Part shown: in pieces, positions 1-9,000 of the stretch | How the letters are laid out: every line of letters starts with the position of its first letter | Numbering within the stretch: the first letter of the stretch is position 1 | Origin: an uncultured virus (IMG/VR IMGVR_UViG_3300028591_000172) | Lineage: Duplodnaviria > Heunggongvirae > Uroviricota > Caudoviricetes | Strand: one strand, 5' to 3' | DNA: 20,000 nt | IMG/VR virus record: IMGVR_UViG_3300028591_000172 | Notes under the pieces: generated by a model | What the model was told of the DNA's origin: nothing | Databases searched by the model: none | What the model saw: the letters and a program-made list of their open reading frames with translations, nothing else | Translations under genes and position numbers: made by a program

Positions 1-1
1 T

Positions 2-3000
2 GAAGAATTGTTCGCAAAGAATATAGAACGTTATTTAAACGATATTACAGATCCACAAGAAAAAGTTAAAGCTGTTGCCGCAATCTTAAGATATCACGCA
101 CTTTCAGGAGAACGTGGAAAGAATTTACAATTCGCTTTGCTTGGCAGTGATGAATACTTGAGTGGTTTAAGAGATAGTTATTTAAAAGATCCAATCAAAC
201 CAGGCCAATTCTCTGTTGATGGAAGACAATATGATGCCATTAAAGAAGTTGGTAAAGGTAAGAAGATTGTTTCATTAGACTTGGAAAACTTCTACAAAGA
301 CGTTAAAGGTGATGAAAAGATTTACGAAATTGGTTTTGCTATGTTCGACGGCAATGATGAATTAGATTTCGACGCATCTAAACCAACTCAATATAGAATA
401 TTAATTAAGTATGATGATGAAGAATACTTAGAAGACACTATTAAAGGTTATAGAACATTGGCTTCTGATTCCACAGATTCAAGAAAGAAAGCATCATTTA
501 AAAACTATGTCGACAATACAAATCTTACTAGAGATAGATTAGTAAAGAATTCTGATGGACAATACATTTATGTTATTCATATTTCATCAGGAGTGAATGC
601 TAATGAAGTATTTACCAAAGCTATAAACAAAATATTATCAATGGCAGGAAATGACTATGTTGTATTAGGTCACAATACTAAAGGTCAAGATTCTGACTTT
701 GATAAGATTAGAAATCAATTCGGAGTTGATATGTATAAGTTACTTAATGGAAAACTTAACATAGATACTTTAATCGATGTAGCTAAAAACGGTTATGCTA
801 CAGATGCTAAGATTAATGAATCATCATTGTCATTAGAAAACTTAGCCAAACAAATGGGAATCGAATACGACGCACACTCCGCTGTAGATGATGCTATATT
901 CACCTATCAATATTTCTTATGGAAAATGAAAAATCAAATCGATGTTGACAAGATGAAGTCAGGATTATATGAAGAATTCGAACACATCTTAGAAAAAATC
1001 GGAGCACAAGATATTGACAGAGATCAACTCAATAGAGAACTTTCTAAAATCAAAGTTGATGGTCAAGAAGTTTCGTTTGCTGATTTCTGGCAAGGTGATG
1101 AATTTAAAGATACATATGAGAAGTATGGAACAAAACTTACTAGTGATATAATTCAAAACTTAATTAATTATAGAAACGCTGTATTCAATAGCGATGAAGC
1201 TAGTTACATTAGAAAGAGAGCAACAAACGTTGAACATGATTTGATATATGAAGCTCAATCTGCACATATAACTTGGTTATCTCACCATGATCAAAATGGT
1301 AATAGTAACTTAGATAATTTCAGAGAAAGAATCAGTTTGTTTATTAAACCAAACGAAAATGGTCAAGTAACAAGAACTGAATATACTAACGGTATGAAGC
1401 TATTAAATTCTGTCTTCTTAGATTACAGAACAAGAAAGATGGATGGAGATAGAAACTTCAGAATAGAAGATTTCTTAAGAATGGACACCGATGAAATAAT
1501 CGATGCCGCAAGAAACAAACTTCCTGAATTACATATAACAAAAGAAGAATTAACAAATTATGTTAACGCTTATACATCTTCTCAAGAATTTGAAGATAGT
1601 AAACTAACATCAGAAAAAACATTTGCTTCTAATGCTATATATAACATTTATGATGAAATAGGAAAAACTATTGGATTAGATGGTTTTGATGACGGAACAA
1701 AGATTCTCTTATTTGATATCATGTCTGGTCTTAAGACTGGTAATTTTGCCGAAGCATTTAGAACTAATGCTAATGGCCAAAAAGAATTCATTGTTAAATA
1801 TAATGGCCCAGCTTACGAAAAGAGTTATTATGTTAAGTCATTAGAAGATGCCATTAATGATTTCGCAGCATCTGTTGATGTCCAAAGAGAATGGACGATG
1901 CCTTCAGGTGTAATTCCTGGTCAAACTGTAAAATTAGAAAATGGTGATGATTATAGTTTCAAATCTACAGATGTAGGTATGACACGTCAAAAGTTCCAAG
2001 AATTATTTGGTGGAGCAACTATTGAAGATTATAGAGAATCATTAGGACTATCTGATGGCGATGATTTATTCATACAATTATACAGAGTTCCTGGTGTTGG
2101 ACAAAACGTTATACATACATACAGAGTAAGGATATTAGATAGCAACAAATATGATAATGTTCTTCTTGCTCATGATATATTCGCCGCATACCATAGTGGT
2201 GACTTTGATGGTGACAAAGTTATAATTTTAAAACCAACAAAGTATTTACAAAAAGTCGGTAATCAATTAATGAATTCAACCGATAAAATATGGGAAGTTT
2301 CTGATAAGATAATTTCCAAACTATATAGCGACTCAGCTTATGATTCAGCAAGAGATGACCAAGTAGTTAATAACTTCGCAGATTACTGTGAACAAGAATT
2401 TGGCTTACAAACAACTTTACAAAAAGTTTTCGATTACGCTAGAGATTCCTCTTCAGTTAATCCAACAGAAAGAGATGCTTATGAAAAAGCTTTAGCATAT
2501 GCGTTAGATCAAGAGTTAATTAACAAAGTTAACGCCAAAGAATATCCAACCTTATCCACAGATGAGACTTCTAAACAACTTTATTATTCTGATTTCCTCA
2601 CCGATAAGTATTCAGATGAAGTGGTGAGAAGACTTTCATTAGATACAAAATTCTTAATCGACCAAATTATTTCAGTTAAAGACTCAGCTACAGGTTTCGC
2701 ATCTAAAAAATACAAACCATTATTAGAAGGTTTTAGAAAAACAGTAGAAAATGCCGCTGACTTATTTACATATAATCAAGTTGCTTTATCAAAAACAACT
2801 AAGTTAAGACTAGCTCAAGCTATAGAAAATGACGCCGATAATGTTTTCAAATTTATTAAACAATCAATAGGCGAAACATATTCAGCTAAAATCTTTACAT
2901 CAATAGATGAATATCTTGATGACGTATTTAATGATTCAACATTATCTTCAAAACAAAAAGCACAAGGAGTTATCAATGCTTTGAAGATGGCTGAATTATT

Positions 3001-6000
3001 ATACAGAGGAACAGATGAATTTAATGACATGTTCAATAAATTAACTGATGACATGATTAATAATGCTGATTTATCTGACGAGAGAACTAAAGTTAAAAAG
3101 CTTATTGAATACGCTTCATATAACCAAGTTGATACTAATGGTAGAACAATCGAAGATGTAGACAGATTGTCATTAAATGATTTAACAAATCTTAAATATA
3201 ATATAGTTAATAATCTAGATCCAATGATGAGTAGCAGAAGATTCATGGCCACATCTGGAGATACACATCTATCAAGCAATATAGTAACAAACATCAGGTC
3301 ACAAATTAGTAAGTTGACTGATGCTTCTAAAATTAAATATATTGACGCTGACAATTCAACCAACTGGTTTGCTCCAGAAATACTTTTAGCTACAGGAATG
3401 GTTAGAAAACTTACTCCTGATACATTTGCCGAAATAAGTGGAAGATTTACTTTAGCAAGTTCAAGAACCGTTAATGTTAATATTGGTGATTTATCAGAAG
3501 ACCAATTACCAAAACTCAGTGCTGCTTTCTCTAAACGTTTACATGGTTCGATAAAAATCGGAGACCAAGTAATAGTTAGACCAGGAGAAAAAGTTTTATC
3601 AGCAGATGATAAATATGGTAATCACTATACAAATATATTCGATGAGGACGGTGAACTATTAGTTGACCTTAAAGATATTGTTTCTTTGAACGTACAAAAA
3701 GAAATTTCATTGTTTGGTAACAAACTAGGCATCTTAGGTTCAGGCGACATGAAAGGAACACAAGAACTTTCAGTTGCTCATTCAAGAAATAATTATGGTA
3801 TTGGTTTGGATATAGAATCGTTAAATCAATATAGAGAATTGTTAGGTTCTTACTATTCAATAATAAATTCATTTATTGAAACAATAGAACAATCAAAAGG
3901 TAAAATACCTGGAGAAAAATTGACACAATTAAAAGATTTAAATACAAGATTACATCAAGCATCTCAAGAACAAGCACAGCTTACAGCAGATTATAAGAAA
4001 GCTAGAGATGAATTTGATGCTGACCAAATTGCTCATGGTGAACCAACATGGGACCAATTAGCAGCAATGTTCCGTTCAGCAAGTGAAGAAGAAAGAGATG
4101 AAATTAGATTACTACATAAATCCGTAAGTATGTTTTATCAACCAGATATACAGAAATCTATTAATTTACAAAACTCAATCCAAGATCAAATAGATAATTT
4201 GTTATCTGAATTAGGATTCAAAAATAAAGAAGCGTTATATAAACAATTAAATGAATCAAAAGAAAAGATTCAAGAATTAAGAAGAGCAATGAGACAACAA
4301 ATTGGAGAAAGACAAATTGCTCAAAGAGAAAAGAACTTACTTAAAGATTCAGTTGATTTAAAAGAACGAACAATGCTTTATGATTTGATATCAGATATCG
4401 GAATTGATCCAGCTATGTATGATATAGACAATATGGATATCAAAGATGTCAGAAATCTTTATAAAGAATTTAAAAAGATTGACTATGTCGCATCAGAAAA
4501 TTTACTTTCTTATGCCAAGCAAAGTGCCAATATGCCTGGATACGAAATCATTTATCTCGATGAACACATGAATCCTATTGATGATCCAAACAAAGCTGTG
4601 TTTACAAAAATTAAATGTAGAATGTTCTGCCCAGAAGCATTTAAGTTCTGGGATACTAGTGCTGATACATCTAAAATTGACACAATCAGTTATGTCAATG
4701 ATAGAACAAATCCTGATTCATTAGTTCAATTACATGGCAAATGGTATAGCAAAGCAAAAGATGGTAACGGTAATTGGGTTTACGTTTATGATTCCACGAA
4801 AGAAAATGAAATTAATAACGTAATATCAAAAGCTAATACGCCATGGGCTAGCTCAACAAATGGAACTAGAGTGTATAGAACATTGTTGGCTAAGGTACTC
4901 TATGAAAATTGTTCAGCAGCACAAGCAGAATTAAAGGACATCAATGTTTTAATGAAACAAATGCTTGATGGTAATTCTACATCAGGTTCTTTAGGTGCCG
5001 GCATTATCAATAAAATATTCACAATGATGACTGATGATGAAGTTAGAAAACTTTATACATCAGATGATCCATATATTAAATTTATTCTAAATAAAATGAG
5101 AAGCTTTATGCCTAAGCTTACAGCTACAGACGCTAAAGAATGGGCTGGCTCACAAAAATTATTATCTAAAAACAAGGCTAAAGAATTAGCTAAAAACAAA
5201 ACGCTTCTTTACTACTACACAAAAGCTATTGGAAATATTTTAAATGACCAGGCTTTCTTAAGTGATCAAGAAGCAATGAAAAACGGATATCCATTATTAG
5301 ATAACTCTGATACATATTATCCATTAGAAAAATTGATTGCTGAATTAGCTACAGTATCAGGTGTCAAAGACAGTTATGTGAAATCATTCTCACATAATGT
5401 TAATGACTATACTCTTATGGGATTGCTTAACTTCGTCAATGGTAGAAGTGGCAATCAATCTAACGAATTTAATCCTCAATCAAACTGGGATAGTATTGTT
5501 TATCCAAGAAAAGAAGCAGCAATTGCTGGTCCTGCTGGAGGAAAACTTGGCGATACTGCTGAAGGTCAAAAAGGAATTACTCCAGACCAACAAATCATGT
5601 CTCAATATTACGGTGCCAATAGAACTCTTTCTGAATTATTAGGAATGAATAAAGGAAATAATATTTCTCAATCAAGGGATAGTTTCTTACACGGTGACTT
5701 TGCTACTAGATTCACAGATGAAAATAGATCTAGAGAATTAAGCAAAGAATATTATCCACAAAAAATGGGTGATGACCTTGCCGCTTATGCTAGCGATACT
5801 CCAAATAGATTAGCAAAAGCAAGAATGTTAACAACCAAAGAAGACAGAATGATAGCAGATATTGCTCCTCGTTTCCTTGGTGTTGACAGTAATCTTGGTA
5901 TTTCATATACATCCAAGCCACAAATGTTTGATGGAACTTATGGAGATTATGCTAATGAAGCTACATCAGAAATCTATGGCTGGGCTAGACACGATATGAT

Positions 6001-9000
6001 TCAACCAATAGTAGATAGTATTAAACAATCAATCGGTGACACAGAAACATTAGGTAAAAATTTCTTATCAAGCGGAGAAGAAATGGACATGGATGACGTT
6101 TCTGAACTCGCAAAAGGTATCAATAAACCATCTCTTAATGATATTGATAATTTATCTAAAGAGGATTTGGAAGATTTAAGATACATTCAAGGTTATAACG
6201 TTTCTGATCAAGCAACCTCTTTATACAATACTGAAGGTGACCAATACGATAAAGCTATCGAATCGTTAATGAAATCTAAAGCCATTGCTGATTTTGATAT
6301 AGATAGATTAGCATCAAGTAATATCAAACAACCTGGTATGGACAGAGCTATAGTTTCTTATAACATAAATGTAAAAACATATAGAAATCAATTGCTTGGA
6401 AAAGAATTCATTGAAGTTTATAACTATTTAGATTCAAACACTTCATTAAAGAATGGCTATAACGAATACACAAGAATTAAAAATTTATTGTCATCATTAC
6501 AATACTGTGATGAAAAGTTAGAAAAATTAAATTCATTTACAGACAAGAGAGCTGACAGCAGCATTAAATACTACACAAATACAAGAGCCGAAATACTTAA
6601 AGCATTAAATGTTACTGATGAAGCTCAAATAGAAACTGTTAAACAAAATGTAGAAAGATATCATAAACTCTACGCTAATGTAGACACCATGATTTCTACA
6701 GTTTGTGAAAGACTTTATGCAGCTCAAAAAGCTTATTGTAACGCAACTGGTCAAGTCTGTCCTTCAAGAGAAAGATTCTTCTTGCCTACAGGTGTTAATG
6801 GAAACTCTAACCAAGAAAGAAAAGAAAATGCTTCCATATTATTCGCAGGAACGGCTAAATATAATACAAATCCATTTGCTATAAGAAAAGAAACAACTGG
6901 TTTGAATCCAGCTAATGCTTATACTGAATTTGATGCGTTAAAAAATATAGCATCAGTAGCAACAGAAGTTGGAAAGCTTCAAGCTATATTAACTTATAGA
7001 GAAGAAGCAAAATCAAACGGTGCTATGAATAACGCTTTATCATTTGATGAAACATGTAAAGTTGTTAATAAACTTATTACTGTTGATTCAATGAATAATT
7101 CAGGAGCAACAGAAATCGATAGCGTAGAATATAAAGGATATTCATTCTTCACAACATCTGTATTGGATCAATTGGGAATGAATCACTTCTCAGAAAATCC
7201 AAACGCTAAAACATCTTGTGCTAAATATGCTCATCTTTATAACAGTATTTACAATCAACTTATTGCTCCATTAAAAGAAACTTACGGCGACATTACATTT
7301 GGAAACTTAATGTCAATGTATTTAGCTAATCCACAAGATAAAATTCTTGATAGAGCATTAAAAGGTTATGCCGCAATGATGGACATAGTTGGCAAGATAA
7401 CAACTATTCAAATTGAACGTGGTGAAAAAACAACTGTTACAGATGAAATCTATCAAGCAATAACCAAATATGCTAATGAACATGACTTAGCAATAGTTGA
7501 CCAATTCGGTAGAAAATATGATAAAGACTTATCACAATTTAAAGCATTAACTCCATTTGCTACAGATGACTATATATTCAGAGCTACTCATGGTGGTTTA
7601 GCAACTGAAGGAACTTATGAACAAAACGTAGCTCTTGATGCTTTGCGTGGTGACTTATACTTCATGAATAGAACTGTTGCTGATGCTACACAAAAAATGT
7701 TCTACACAAGAGAACCATCTCAAATTAGTAAATTTGCCAACACAGTTAAGAGTTATGCTACAAGATTGATTATGGCAAATCCTGCTAAGTTTGTTTCTCG
7801 TATTATTAACTTCTCAATGTTTGACTTGAACAGTTCATTGCTTACAGGAAACTGGAGTATGGTCAAAGAACTTCCGAAAATTACAAAAGAACTTAGTGGT
7901 TATTTACAAAGCAATGGTGAATATTGCCCTGACTCATTAAGAGAATTCATGAACGTTACAGGAATTGATCCACTAAAAGACCAACAAGTTTTCTATGGTG
8001 AAACAATTGGTGGAGCTAAAACGGCATACGGAAAATGGATTGGCAAACAATTCACAGCTCAGCATTTAGCTAACAGATATGCTTTATGGTTAAGTATTAA
8101 AAACACAATTGATAACGAAGGTATTGATTCTGTTTACAGTAAACTTGGAAACTCATATTATCTCAAAGACCAAATAAAAGAAATGTATGAGAATATGAAA
8201 ACCACAGAATCAGAAGATTCATTAAGTTCATCAGCATCTGCTAGAATTGCCGCTATGGTAGTTGCTAATCAATATGGAACATACAATGATATGCCAGGAT
8301 TAGCGGGAAGTATGAGCCAACATGGATTTATGTTTACAACTTTCCCAATGGCTTTACTAAGATTTGCTAAAAATGAAATTAGATCTGGTGCGTTTGCTAT
8401 TAAAGAAATATTCACAGGAGCAGCCGATACAGCAACTCTTAAATATTTAGGCAGACAACTTGGTTCATTAATTAGTGTTGTAGCAATTCAAGCAGCATTA
8501 CAAATATTGCCAGCATTGTTAATCGCTAATGGTGATAAAGATGAAGAAAAGGAATTAGTTGAAGAAGTCATAAAGAACGATACTTCATTAGATTTATTCC
8601 AATCCATCCTTCTAAACGATGCTGTATATAATACATCAACATTATGGAATCCAATCTATGGTGTTAAATCTATGGTTGCTAATCCAATAATTGATGCTGT
8701 CGAAAAGAATAAAGACAATACATCTGATGGAAAAGCATTACAAATATTTGGAGATGCACTTGCTACATACTTCAATCAAAACATTTGGAATAGAATTAAT
8801 CCATTGGTAACAACAATTCCTAATATCGTTATTCCTAAAAATGATTGGATAAATCCATATGGTAATCAAGGAACTGACTTCTTTGATAACTTAGCTAGAA
8901 AGACATTGTCATACGCACTAGGTACAAATGGTGCTAATGCGTTTATGAATACAGTTGATTCAGCTAAATATGATGACGATGCTAACTTCATAAATACCTT

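Noticed and set aside
8..10. TTG at 8 as the true start of the giant ORF
   Set aside because: The frame is open to the window edge (GAA GAA TTG) and no RBS is visible, so the gene probably starts upstream.
2815..3363. 182 aa minus-strand ORF, plus the short ORFs at 3669-3872, 5397-5642, 6001-6186 and 9480-9665
   Set aside because: All are nested in the giant gene, have the composition of antisense or off-frame shadows, and show no motifs.
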